From: Lentisphaerota bacterium
GTDB lineage: Bacteria > Verrucomicrobiota > Lentisphaeria > Victivallales > Victivallaceae
Reading direction: 5' to 3'
NCBI GenBank assembly: GCA_015061605.1
Contig: SUWH01000015.1
Coordinates: forward strand, 2,693 to 66,692
Length of the DNA stretch: 64,000 nucleotides
Every line of letters begins with the position of its first letter. Position 1 is the first letter of the stretch. Positions 9,210 through 18,486 of the stretch are shown one piece after another. The notes under the pieces are model-generated. The model saw only the letters and a program-made list of their open reading frames with translations, searched no databases and was not told the origin of the DNA. The translations under genes were made by a program, and so were the position numbers.

Positions 9210-11078
9210 TCAGTCAACACCGATCGTTTTGCGATTGATTTTGTACTCTTCTTTAACGTGATGCTTGATCCATTCGTCAGTATAGGGAGAAACGCGGCGG
9301 CTGGCAGTCTTGGGGCTGACGTTGTAGATTTTTACCAGTTCCAGCATCGCTTTTTCGGTGACATCATTGGTATTGTTGTTATTGTGAGCCAATTCAAAAT
9401 CGATCAGGGCGCGCAGGTAGATCAGGCGCCAGCGCCAACTGTTTTTTGCCCATGCCGGAAGTTCGGCATCAAGTTTTTTCGCCAGTGCAAAGGCGGTCGT
9501 GGTATCGCCCCAGACCTTGCCTTTTTTGCGCCAGACCGGTTTATCTTTCAGCAATTCAAAAAGATCGCTGATTTTTTCATTGACTTTTTCGACCCAGACC
9601 AAGCCGGGGTGGTTTTCTTCGAGCAGATCGAGCAGGCGTTTGAAGTCGGGCAGGGATGTTTCCGGCACTCCGAGTTCATAATTGGCATACTCTTCAATGG
9701 TGGTTGCAATTTCGTTGGTGCCGGTGGCAAACATATCGGCATAGAGGAATTTGTTGATATCTTCAAAGATACCTTCCGAATAGAGGATGCCGCCGGAGGA
9801 AATATGAGAAACTTCACCGTAAAGCCGCGAAAAACGCTTTAAAAGCGGGGTCGCTCCGAAGCCGCCCCACGGGGCGCGGCCCCACATGCTGATTTCGGGG
9901 AAAGTGACCAGTTCGACTTTTCCCGGAAGCGGATTATTGAGCGGGTGTTTCGGGAAACTGCTGTGGCTGTCCGCCATAATGCTGTCGAGGAAATCGGCTT
10001 CACCGTTATTGATCTTTTTATAGAGAGTTTCCCATTCACCGATATTGTCATATTTGTCGAATTCCCAGGTGACCCACATGATTTTGGCATCGGGCCAGTA
10101 TTCTTTGATTACGGGGACGAGCCGTTTGGCAAGTTTGAACATACCGTTCACACCGTACGGAAAGCAGTTTTTGCAGCCGCAACCGCCCTGATCGTAAGAC
10201 CAGAACTGAACGGTTTTGACCTTGACATCTTTAAGATTTTCACAGTCAGCCCGGTATTTTTTTTCAAGATAATCCAGACCGGCTGGATTGCTGGTGCAGA
10301 TCTCCGTGCCGGAAAAACTGTGACCGGTGTCGGTCGCCCGGAGTTCTTTCGGGGAGTCGGCATAACCGAAGTTGCCGACACCGTGACAGAAATCCATGCC
10401 GAGTTCAGAGGCATAGGTGATCAGCCGTTTGCGGCGGATGAGCGCGGCAGTATGTTCCGGAGAACCGGCGATTTTTGCAGCGGAACCGAGGCCGAGTTTA
10501 AGGTAATTGTAACCGAGCAGGGCGAGGTCTTCAAGATACTCTTCCATGAATTCAACGGGGGAAACTTCATAAACGTTGTAGAAGTGGCTGGCAATGTAGA
10601 CACAGCGGAAACTCTTGGCGGGATTCCAGCTGCCGCGCCAGTTGCCGGGAGTGAAGATACCATCGGCATAATTTCCGTTACGCAGAAGTTTGCCCGCCGC
10701 ATAAAGGAATGCCGCCCCGTTGCCGCAGTCAAGCTGTAAGTTTTTTGAATTGAATGAGCCGGAAAGGCGGAACTCCTCCGGTTTGCAGCGGGAATTGCGG
10801 ACAACCTTGATCACGTAATCTTTATCGGCAGTGATATTGCGTTTTTTCAATCTGGCTTCAAAAATCCGCAATGCGTGTTTCTCCAGAGTGCCCGGAGCAA
10901 ACTCAAATTGAAAAATTCCCTGTTTCATAATATTTTCCTTTTTTACAGTGTTTGTTTTGACGATTTCTGAAGCTTTTGCTTGAGTGGAATGCGGGAACGC
11001 TGCCATTATCGCTGTTACCATGAGCAATTTGGTAATAGTGAAACTTTTTTTACGGTGATGCAAGATCAAACTCTTCAT
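9210..11078 (-). CDS. Hypothetical glycan-locus enzyme with CxCxxC motif and a degenerate pilin-like N-terminal anchor
   Basis: 622-aa ORF with AAAGGAAAA before the ATG at 11078. N-terminus KKSFTITKLLMVTAIMAAF. SYDQGGCGCKNCFPYG resembles the GYCRCKRC motif in the DUF4838-like protein at 32658. Confidence 0.7.
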   Translation of the reverse strand: MKSLILHHRKKSFTITKLLMVTAIMAAFPHSTQAKASEIVKTNTVKKENIMKQGIFQFEFAPGTLEKHALRIFEARLKKRNITADKDYVIKVVRNSRCKPEEFRLSGSFNSKNLQLDCGNGAAFLYAAGKLLRNGNYADGIFTPGNWRGSWNPAKSFRCVYIASHFYNVYEVSPVEFMEEYLEDLALLGYNYLKLGLGSAAKIAGSPEHTAALIRRKRLITYASELGMDFCHGVGNFGYADSPKELRATDTGHSFSGTEICTSNPAGLDYLEKKYRADCENLKDVKVKTVQFWSYDQGGCGCKNCFPYGVNGMFKLAKRLVPVIKEYWPDAKIMWVTWEFDKYDNIGEWETLYKKINNGEADFLDSIMADSHSSFPKHPLNNPLPGKVELVTFPEISMWGRAPWGGFGATPLLKRFSRLYGEVSHISSGGILYSEGIFEDINKFLYADMFATGTNEIATTIEEYANYELGVPETSLPDFKRLLDLLEENHPGLVWVEKVNEKISDLFELLKDKPVWRKKGKVWGDTTTAFALAKKLDAELPAWAKNSWRWRLIYLRALIDFELAHNNNNTNDVTEKAMLELVKIYNVSPKTASRRVSPYTDEWIKHHVKEEYKINRKTIGVD

Positions 11079-11131
11079 TGCAGATTTTCCTTTATTTTAA
11101 TATGTGAAAAGTTATCTTGGTTCAAATAAAC

Positions 11132-12148
11132 TCATCTGTTTTTTTTAAAGGTTTCGTTATAAATTACTTCGGATATCCACGGGGTGCGCGGTTCGATGGG
11201 AGTTCCGTATTCAATGGCATCCAGAAGCATATTCACCAGCATTTTTCCTCCCTGTTCCCAGCACGGGTCGATCGTGGTCAATCTGTTATCCGGAAAATCT
11301 TCCAGCGTTTGAGCCAGATTGTCAAATCCGACCACATAAATATCTTTTCCCGGTTCGACTCCGTGAGCTTTCAAGGTATCGCAAATCCCCAGAGCCACCA
11401 GATCGGAGCTGCACCAGAGCAGTTTGTATTTTACCAGTTGGTCGATGATCTTTTCCGCGCCCTCTCTTGCGCTGTCGCGGTGAAGGAGGAAATTTTCTTT
11501 TTTATCCGATATCTGAATATTTCCGATCGTCACCCCTTCAGGAGCGGCAGATCGCAGATCACGCCATTTTCCCGGGACAAATCCGCGCCAGATAAATGCG
11601 GTATCATTCCAATATTTCTGCGGCAGGTTCTGCCACAATTCACGGTACGCCGGTTTTATATCCCGGTAAAGCACCGGAAGTTCGTGAGGGGGCGTATCGT
11701 ACGGATCATAGAGTATTGCCGGAATATTCTTACTGGAAAGAAGCTGTTTGAATTCTTCATTGCGGTTGGAGTTGTTGATTATATAGGCGTCTGCCACAGA
11801 AGAGTTGACTTGATCGATGAATGAAGCACTGTTTTTATCCGGATTGAGCATCACCGGAGTATAACCGCGCACCATCGCCGCATCAGCTATCGCATTGGAA
11901 AAAGCCGCCGCAAACAAACTGAATGACCGGTGCGGAGCCCTTGCGGTAATGAATCCGATTTTAAAGGTTTTGCCGGTTGAAAAAGATCTGCCGATCATCG
12001 ACGGATGATAGTTGTGTTCTTTGCAGAAGTTGAAAATACGTTCTTTCGTATCCGCTTTTACCATATCGGAAAAACGCGGATCAAAGGCGCGTGAGACCGT
12101 CGCTTTGGACAATCCAAGTTTATTTGCTATAAAAGTCAGACTTGCCAT
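11132..12148 (-). CDS. LacI-family transcriptional regulator
   Basis: ORF track gives 11132..12229. I prefer the ATG at 12148 (MASLTFIANKLGLSKATVSRAF, a LacI-type HTH) followed by a periplasmic-binding-protein-like domain. It heads the minus-strand locus. Confidence 0.85.
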   Translation of the reverse strand: MASLTFIANKLGLSKATVSRAFDPRFSDMVKADTKERIFNFCKEHNYHPSMIGRSFSTGKTFKIGFITARAPHRSFSLFAAAFSNAIADAAMVRGYTPVMLNPDKNSASFIDQVNSSVADAYIINNSNRNEEFKQLLSSKNIPAILYDPYDTPPHELPVLYRDIKPAYRELWQNLPQKYWNDTAFIWRGFVPGKWRDLRSAAPEGVTIGNIQISDKKENFLLHRDSAREGAEKIIDQLVKYKLLWCSSDLVALGICDTLKAHGVEPGKDIYVVGFDNLAQTLEDFPDNRLTTIDPCWEQGGKMLVNMLLDAIEYGTPIEPRTPWISEVIYNETFKKNR

Positions 12149-12308
12149 TCCAGATTTTACTCCGTTTTCTTTCCGGTTTATTACCAAAATGAAACTTGTT
12201 ACATTTTTCAGCAAAAAAAATGAAAACAAAATTTCCGGCGACCTTTACCAATATAGCACGGAGTTTTTTATTTGTCAAGCCGTGTTCCGGAGATTTGCAT
12301 AAAAATCA

Positions 12309-12432
12309 CACAGCTGTCTCATAAAAAAAACAACGGACGAGGCGGGCAAAGCAAGGCGCGGGATTGTCCGCAATGCGCTGCCGCAGTAAAGATTTTCACA
12401 AGAAATGAGACAATAATATTTTTTCTGCTGTG
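12309..12432. mobile_element. Short (about 124 bp) variant of the MITE family seen at 36027 and 50411
   Basis: The left end CACAGCTGTCTCAT (12309-12322) is identical to the left end of copy A. The internal 43 nt or so (12340-12383) match the core of copies A and B only in the opposite orientation. The right end is degenerate (...GCTGTG) and abuts CCACAG, giving the palindrome CTGTGGCCACAG. Confidence 0.55.
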
Positions 12433-12630
12433 GCCACAGCAGTTGCCGCCGGACATTTAAGCGGCTGTCCATGAAGTCATAAAACATTTCAACTACAGTT
12501 TCAATAAAATCTCCTTTTGTTTTTTTTTGGCATCAAAAGAGATATTTTGTCTATGTCTTTTAATCCGCTGCAGTGTATATTATGCAGCAGATTCTTTCGG
12601 TAGACAACGATTTTTCATAAGGAGTGAAAG

Positions 12631-13821
12631 ATGACTGAAAACGGAACCAAAAAAGTCAGGATCGGAGTGATCGGAACAGGCAATATGGGCAGTGCACACT
12701 GCCAAAGCGTTTGTACAACTGAAAATGCCGAGCTGACCGCTGTCTGCGATATCGACAAAAAAAAATTCGCTAATATCCCGGCGGAAGTGAGGGATAAGGT
12801 CTGCAAATACACTTCGCCCGAACTCTTCTTTGCCCAGGCTCCGGTGGATGCCGTCATTATTTCGGTACCGCATTACGACCATGTTCCTCTGGCAATACAG
12901 GCTCTGCGTGCCGGAAAGCATATTCTGGTGGAGAAACCCATCGCTCCTGCCATCGGTATGGCCAGAATGCTTATTGAGGAGGGAAAAAAATATCCGCACC
13001 TTGTTCAAAGTGCCATGCTTCAACTCCGTACGATGGAAGCTTTCTGTAAAATCCGGGAACTTCTTGCATCCGGTGAACTGGGACGTCTCATGCGGATCAA
13101 CTGGATCGTTACCACCTGGTTCCGTTCTCAATATTACTATGATTCGGGAGACTGGCGCGCCTCCTGGCGCGGAGAGGGTGGCGGTGTGCTGACCAATCAG
13201 TGCCCCCATCAGCTCGATTTGCTCCAATGGCTTTTCGGTCTGCCTTCAAAAGTCAAAGCTGCGGTCGCGATCGGCAAATATCACGATATCGAAGTGGAAG
13301 ATGAGGTCAATGCTTATATGGAGTTCCCCAATGGAGCGACGGGGATATTCGTTACTTCCACAGCCGAGGCGCCGGGGACCAACCGTTTGGAGATCGCAGG
13401 AACCAAAGGTCGGCTCATCTATGAAAACAAGGAAATCAAATTCACCCGCAACGAAGTCCCAAGCGATAAGTTTTTGAAAAATGTCAAAAATATTTTCGGA
13501 GTTCCCAAAAGCGAGGATGTACAGCTGCCCGAAATCAACGGGATCACCGGAGCAAGACATTTTCTGCTCATTCAGAATTTTGTCAATGCCATTCTCAACG
13601 GAGAAAAACTGGTCGCTCCGCTGCACGAGGCCGTCAACGGTCTGGAATTGGGCAACGCCATGCTTTATTCCGGTTTAAAGGATAAAACAGTAACGCTGCC
13701 GTTGGATTCAGATGCCTATGCAGAGATGCTTTCAGATCTTGTCGCCAATTCGCGTTATGTCAAGAAAAAAATCAACGAAACCTCCGGAACAGCAGCAGAT
13801 TTGAACGCATCTTTTTCATGA
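12631..13821 (+). CDS. Gfo/Idh/MocA-family NAD(P)-dependent oxidoreductase
   Basis: KKVRIGVIGTGNMGSAHC Rossmann N-terminus; EKP motif (ILVEKPIA); AAGGAG RBS. Confidence 0.9.
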   Translation: MTENGTKKVRIGVIGTGNMGSAHCQSVCTTENAELTAVCDIDKKKFANIPAEVRDKVCKYTSPELFFAQAPVDAVIISVPHYDHVPLAIQALRAGKHILVEKPIAPAIGMARMLIEEGKKYPHLVQSAMLQLRTMEAFCKIRELLASGELGRLMRINWIVTTWFRSQYYYDSGDWRASWRGEGGGVLTNQCPHQLDLLQWLFGLPSKVKAAVAIGKYHDIEVEDEVNAYMEFPNGATGIFVTSTAEAPGTNRLEIAGTKGRLIYENKEIKFTRNEVPSDKFLKNVKNIFGVPKSEDVQLPEINGITGARHFLLIQNFVNAILNGEKLVAPLHEAVNGLELGNAMLYSGLKDKTVTLPLDSDAYAEMLSDLVANSRYVKKKINETSGTAADLNASFS

Positions 13822-13900
13822 GGAAGATGGCTCTATGATCAAAGTATCGATTTTCAGAAAGATAAATTAAAATCATCAACAGCAAAAAAAGGAGACTCTT

Positions 13901-14845
13901 ATGTTTTTGACCGGATTTGCAGATGAAGCAGGCAGAGATCTGGAAAGTCAGATCAGAGCAACTCTTGAACTCAAGTGGAACCATATCGATATCAGACTCA
14001 TCGGAGACACCTTTTTCGGCATGCTTCCGGAAGCTGAATTTGAACATCTCTGTGCCCGGCTGTCTGAAAACAATATTACCGTCAATTGTTACGGCAGCAG
14101 CATCGCCAACGGAGAGACATTGCTTTTTTCCCGGGAGCATTACGAAAGATCACGGCAGGATCTTATTCAGGCGATTCCCCGGATGAAAAAACTGGGTATC
14201 CCGATGCTCCGCGGAATGAGTTTCCGCCGGGCAAAAGGAGATCCGGACACTCCGGAAATACGGAAATATGTCTTTGAAAAAGTGAACGAATTCGTAGATA
14301 TCTGTGCCGACAACGGTATTATTTACGCACATGAAAACTGCTGCAACTACGGCGGTTGTTCCTTTGAACACACTTTGCGTCTGCTGGATAATATCCGGCA
14401 CAAAGAAGCGTTCACTCTTATTTTTGATACCGGCAATACCGTAGGTGCCATGGACCGGCGGGGGTGCGACTACAGCCGGCGGCAGTCCTCATGGGAATTT
14501 TACCGGAATATCCGTGATTTCGTCTCTTATGTCCATATCAAGGATGGAACTGCATTTGTGCTGCCTGACGGCACGGTACAGCCCCCTGAATATTGCTTCC
14601 CGGGCGACGGCGAAGGTGATGTAAGAGCCATTCTGCTCGATCTGCTGCGGCGGAACTACGATGGCGGTTTCTGCATGGAACCGCACATGATCATGCCGCC
14701 CAAGGTGGAACTTGGCGAAGCGGAGAAGAAGGCCTGGGCAGAAAAACGCTATAAAACTTATATCGGTTTTGCCAGACGGTTTGAGAAATTGCTGGCTTCC
14801 TGCCGTGAACAGATCGAAGCGGAAAAACAAGGAATTCTCTTATGA
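13901..14845 (+). CDS. Sugar phosphate isomerase/epimerase (xylose-isomerase-like TIM barrel)
   Basis: 314 aa with AAGGAG RBS. The overall pattern (MFLTGFADEAG..., HENCCNYGG, HIKDG, GFCMEPH) is typical of AP-endonuclease-2 / xylose-isomerase-fold proteins. Confidence 0.8.
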   Translation: MFLTGFADEAGRDLESQIRATLELKWNHIDIRLIGDTFFGMLPEAEFEHLCARLSENNITVNCYGSSIANGETLLFSREHYERSRQDLIQAIPRMKKLGIPMLRGMSFRRAKGDPDTPEIRKYVFEKVNEFVDICADNGIIYAHENCCNYGGCSFEHTLRLLDNIRHKEAFTLIFDTGNTVGAMDRRGCDYSRRQSSWEFYRNIRDFVSYVHIKDGTAFVLPDGTVQPPEYCFPGDGEGDVRAILLDLLRRNYDGGFCMEPHMIMPPKVELGEAEKKAWAEKRYKTYIGFARRFEKLLASCREQIEAEKQGILL

Positions 14846-15978
14846 ATGACCGGATGATCAATGTCGCTGTCATCGGCTGCGGCCGGCGCGCAAGAAACGT
14901 AGTGGGACATCTGCTGGAGTGCGGCGGAGAAAAAGTACGGATCACTGCATTGTTCGACACTGACCGTCAGAATCTCGTTCAGGCGCAAAAGAGTTGGAAC
15001 GCCGGTCATGCCGTTGTTTGTACCGATGTCAATTCATGTATCAACGTTCCCGGCGTGGAGTGGGTCATGATATTCACTCCCAATGCCTGTCATAAAGAAG
15101 CCATCCTCGCTGCATTCAAAGCCGGCAAGCATGTTTTTGCTGAAAAGCCTCTTGCTACCACCTTGGATGATTGCCAGGAGATCTACAAGACCTGGCGGAG
15201 TTCCGGCTGTCATTTTATGACCGGTTTTGTACTGCGTTATTCCAAACTTTACCGCAAAGTGAAAGAGCTGCTTGATAACAATACTGTTGGCAGACTTGTC
15301 AGTATGGATGCCAATGAAAATATCCGCCCTTCACACGGTGCCTACATCGTGAACAGCTGGCGCGGCAAAAAGGCATTGGGCGGTCCTTACATTCTGGAAA
15401 AGTGCTGCCATGATCTGGATCTGTTGATCTGGTATGCCGGAGCACTGCCTTCCAAAGTTGCGGCATTTGCTTCACTGGACTTTTTCGTTCCCGGAAACGC
15501 CGGGCTTATGAAGAGCCTGCCTGCGGATACTTTCACTCACTGGGACGGTTATACCGACCGGGAGGGCAATCCCTTTGTTTCCCCCAAGGATATCAAAGAT
15601 ACTTATGTTTCCATTTTAAAATTCCGCAATGGCATCAAGGCACAGTTTCAGGCGACCATATCCAACGAGATCCCGGAAAGAAAAATATATTTCTCCTGTA
15701 CTGAAGGAACTGTTCTGGTGGAACTTTATTCCTCTGTTGTCACATGGCAGCGCATCGGAGAAGAGCGGCATACGCTCTATTTCGGCGCCGATGCCCACGG
15801 CGGCGGCGATAATTACATCATGAAAGAATTCATGGAATGTGCAGTCGGGGGGAAAGAACCGTTTTCCAGCGGCTCCGAAGGATTGGAGAGCGCAGTTACG
15901 GCTCTCGCGATCGATCAGGCTGCCGAAGAGGAAACGGTCATCGATATGGAGCCCGTCTGGCAAAAGCTCGAACGGTGA
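14842..15978 (+). CDS. Gfo/Idh/MocA-family oxidoreductase
   Basis: INVAVIGCGRRARN; HVFAEKPLA; ATGA overlap with the upstream gene. Confidence 0.9.
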   Translation: MNDRMINVAVIGCGRRARNVVGHLLECGGEKVRITALFDTDRQNLVQAQKSWNAGHAVVCTDVNSCINVPGVEWVMIFTPNACHKEAILAAFKAGKHVFAEKPLATTLDDCQEIYKTWRSSGCHFMTGFVLRYSKLYRKVKELLDNNTVGRLVSMDANENIRPSHGAYIVNSWRGKKALGGPYILEKCCHDLDLLIWYAGALPSKVAAFASLDFFVPGNAGLMKSLPADTFTHWDGYTDREGNPFVSPKDIKDTYVSILKFRNGIKAQFQATISNEIPERKIYFSCTEGTVLVELYSSVVTWQRIGEERHTLYFGADAHGGGDNYIMKEFMECAVGGKEPFSSGSEGLESAVTALAIDQAAEEETVIDMEPVWQKLER

Positions 15979-16011
15979 AGCTGTATAAAATAACCATAAA
16001 GGAATTTTACA

Positions 16012-17331
16012 ATGCCTTTTTTAAAAATCGTCATGGTAGGCGGCGGCAGTTACAACTGGCTGCCGACATTATTGGGAGATCTGGTTCAGACTCCGGAACT
16101 GCGTAACAGCGAAATATGGCTTCTCGATCCGTTGACAGATGCCGCCAATGAATTGAAAGCTGCTATTGAAAAAGCCAATAACAACTCTCCTGACTACCGG
16201 TTTATTGTAACCGCCAAAGAAGATGAGGCATTCAAGGATGCCGACTTTGTGGTCATTACCATTTCCACCGGCGGACTTGAAGCTATGAGGTATGATATTG
16301 CCATACCCGAAAAGTATGGAATATTCCAAACCGTAGGTGATTCAGCAGGGCCCGGCGGCTGGTCACGGACGATCCGCAACTACAAGGTATTCCGGGATAT
16401 GGTCGAAAAGATCGAAAGACTTTCTCCCAATGCCATGATCCTCAACTACACCAATCCGATGGCAGGGTTGACCGGAGTCATCTCCCGCCACTGCGGTCTG
16501 CGGAATGTGGGGCTCTGTCACGGACTTTTCAGTGTTTACTGGGCGATGCAGCGGATTTTCGGCTGTGAGGAAAAAGATATACGGGTGAACTTCGCCGGAG
16601 TCAATCATTTTTTCTGGGTCACCGGCATGAATATCTGTGGCAAAGACGGTCTTGCGATGCTCCGGGAAAAAATGCAGAACCGATCTCTGGATGAATTGAT
16701 CACAAACGGAAACGATATCGTTCCCGATCACAAAGGTGAAAAACATCTGCTGGTGGAGGAACTCTTCAAAAAATATGGAGCTCTCACCTACTTTGAAGAC
16801 AGACATACCAGCGAATATCTGCCCGGGATTCTCAATAATCAAGAGGAGATGCAGCGCTTGCAGCTGATCCGTACCACCATCGAAACCCGCTATGAAAAGG
16901 TGAAAAAAAACCGGGCTTACACATTAAAAATGATTTCGGGAGAAAGAGGACTTTTCAAGCGGAGCAGAGAGACTGCGGTCGATATCATCCGCGCCGCCGC
17001 CTGCGGTGAAACCTTTACCGATATTATGAATTTGGAGAATATCGGACAGGTCTCCAACCTGCCCATGGGGGCTGTCGTGGAAACCATGGGGTGCATCCGG
17101 GACGGTGTGCCTGAACCGATTGCCTACGGCGCATTGCCGGACGATCTGGCGGCACTGACTGCGCCGCATTGCGTGGTTCAGAAACTCACGGTGGATGCTC
17201 TGGTCACCGGGAACAGGAAAATGCTGCTTGAGGCCCTGCTTCACGATCCGGTCTGTGCATTTCTGAAGCCGGAAAAAATCATTGCCATGGGGAACGAACT
17301 TCTTGAGGCAAACAAGGAATTTCTTCCGTAA
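16012..17331 (+). CDS. Glycoside hydrolase family 4 (NAD+/Mn2+-dependent glycosidase)
   Basis: KIVMVGGGSYNWLPTLLGDL, LNYTNPM, VGLCHG and AGVNHFFW are GH4 hallmark motifs. Confidence 0.9.
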   Translation: MPFLKIVMVGGGSYNWLPTLLGDLVQTPELRNSEIWLLDPLTDAANELKAAIEKANNNSPDYRFIVTAKEDEAFKDADFVVITISTGGLEAMRYDIAIPEKYGIFQTVGDSAGPGGWSRTIRNYKVFRDMVEKIERLSPNAMILNYTNPMAGLTGVISRHCGLRNVGLCHGLFSVYWAMQRIFGCEEKDIRVNFAGVNHFFWVTGMNICGKDGLAMLREKMQNRSLDELITNGNDIVPDHKGEKHLLVEELFKKYGALTYFEDRHTSEYLPGILNNQEEMQRLQLIRTTIETRYEKVKKNRAYTLKMISGERGLFKRSRETAVDIIRAAACGETFTDIMNLENIGQVSNLPMGAVVETMGCIRDGVPEPIAYGALPDDLAALTAPHCVVQKLTVDALVTGNRKMLLEALLHDPVCAFLKPEKIIAMGNELLEANKEFLP

Positions 17332-17426
17332 ATATGAGCTCTGAATGAAACCGGATGTCCGGAGATTTTTCAGATATTCAGTACGGCGCACCATCCTGCC
17401 ATACGCGCTGATCTGTCCGGCATCCG

Positions 17427-18269
17427 TCACTCTTTCAAGTCAGAGACATTTGATTGTTTGCGGTAATATTCCGGTGCAATGCCGACCAGTTGTTTGAAAC
17501 GCCTGGAAAAATGATAAGGGTCTTCGTATCCGAGACGGGCGGCGATGGCGACAACTGACATATCTGAACTTTTCAACAGTTCTGCTGCATAACGGATTTT
17601 CATGGCATCCACATATTTTTTTGGAGTGGTTCCGGTATCCCGCAGAAAATTCAACCGTAATTGATTTTTGCTGCATTGGCATATTTCAGCCATCTCATTG
17701 AGTGTCCAATTTTTGGTCGGGGTCTCTCCGATCAATTTCAACAGATTGTCAAGTGAACTGCCGGACTTATTTTCATCCTCTTCCAGATAAAGCTTCATCA
17801 GCACTTCCTGCAGCAGGAAATTGGCATGCAGCCGTTTTTTTATCGAAGGCATCTGCATAAGTTCGACAATGGGACGCAACACCCGGGTCGTTCCCAGATT
17901 GAAAACTCCGCTTCTGATGATTCCCGCTTTGAAAAACATATCCGCAACCGGACCGGAAAACTTCACGGAATCCTCAAAAAACATATAGTCACCGTAACTG
18001 CCGTAACGATTGACCACACCGGGAGTCACAACGATGCAACTTCCGGGACGGAGAAGCTGTTCTTTCTGATTTTCAAATTTGATTTTCCCGCTGCCGCGGT
18101 AGAGGTGTGAGATGGAATAAAAATCGAAACTCCGTTCTTTCATCGTATCAAAAGCATTGAAATGCGGCTTGTTTGTGGAAAAAGCCATGCCGATCCACAA
18201 CCCATAGGCGAGTTCTTCTGCGCTGAAGTCCCGACGCGGGAAACGGTAGATTCGTGTTTTTGATGTCAT
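17427..18269 (-). CDS. AraC-family transcriptional regulator
   Basis: N-terminal cupin-like sensing domain. C-terminal double HTH (WTLNEMAEICQCSKNQLRLNF ... IAARLGYEDPYHFSRRFKQLVG). Confidence 0.9.
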   Translation of the reverse strand: MTSKTRIYRFPRRDFSAEELAYGLWIGMAFSTNKPHFNAFDTMKERSFDFYSISHLYRGSGKIKFENQKEQLLRPGSCIVVTPGVVNRYGSYGDYMFFEDSVKFSGPVADMFFKAGIIRSGVFNLGTTRVLRPIVELMQMPSIKKRLHANFLLQEVLMKLYLEEDENKSGSSLDNLLKLIGETPTKNWTLNEMAEICQCSKNQLRLNFLRDTGTTPKKYVDAMKIRYAAELLKSSDMSVVAIAARLGYEDPYHFSRRFKQLVGIAPEYYRKQSNVSDLKE

Positions 18270-18400
18270 TTATTTTCTCTCCGGAGTTGCGATGTCTATA
18301 CTATACTTGCAGGGGGTTCATAAGTCAAGTCAGTTTTTCACAGATATTACACTATGCGGTACACTTCAGCAGTTAAAAAATAAAGGTATGTTTTTTTGGC

Positions 18401-18423
18401 ATGGATAAATTGATTTTATCCAT
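18401..18423. promoter_or_regulatory. Candidate operator: palindrome ATGGATAAA-N5-TTTATCCAT abutting the -35 region of the TPR-gene promoter
   Basis: 9-bp perfect inverted arms. An identical copy lies at 20677-20699 in front of the paralogous gene. A TATAAT at 18446-18451 is itself bracketed by AACTGTT...AACAGTT. Confidence 0.5.
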
Positions 18424-18486
18424 GTTCAAAGGAACTGTTATATAGTATAATATCAACAGTTCCAATAACAGAAAGGGGAAAATATC

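Noticed and set aside
12545-12585. Inverted repeat GCTGCA-N10-TGCAGC upstream of the oxidoreductase operon, considered as a LacI-type operator.
   Set aside because: It has only 6-bp arms and does not resemble the usual LacI-family operator consensus (TG..A.CG.T..CA). That is too weak to call.
12580-13227. 215-aa minus-strand ORF. Similar antisense ORFs lie at 51492..52106 (204 aa) and 54694..55518 (274 aa).
   Set aside because: Each lies opposite a gene with unambiguous family motifs: the Gfo/Idh/MocA oxidoreductase, the DAHP synthase and the ABC exporter respectively.
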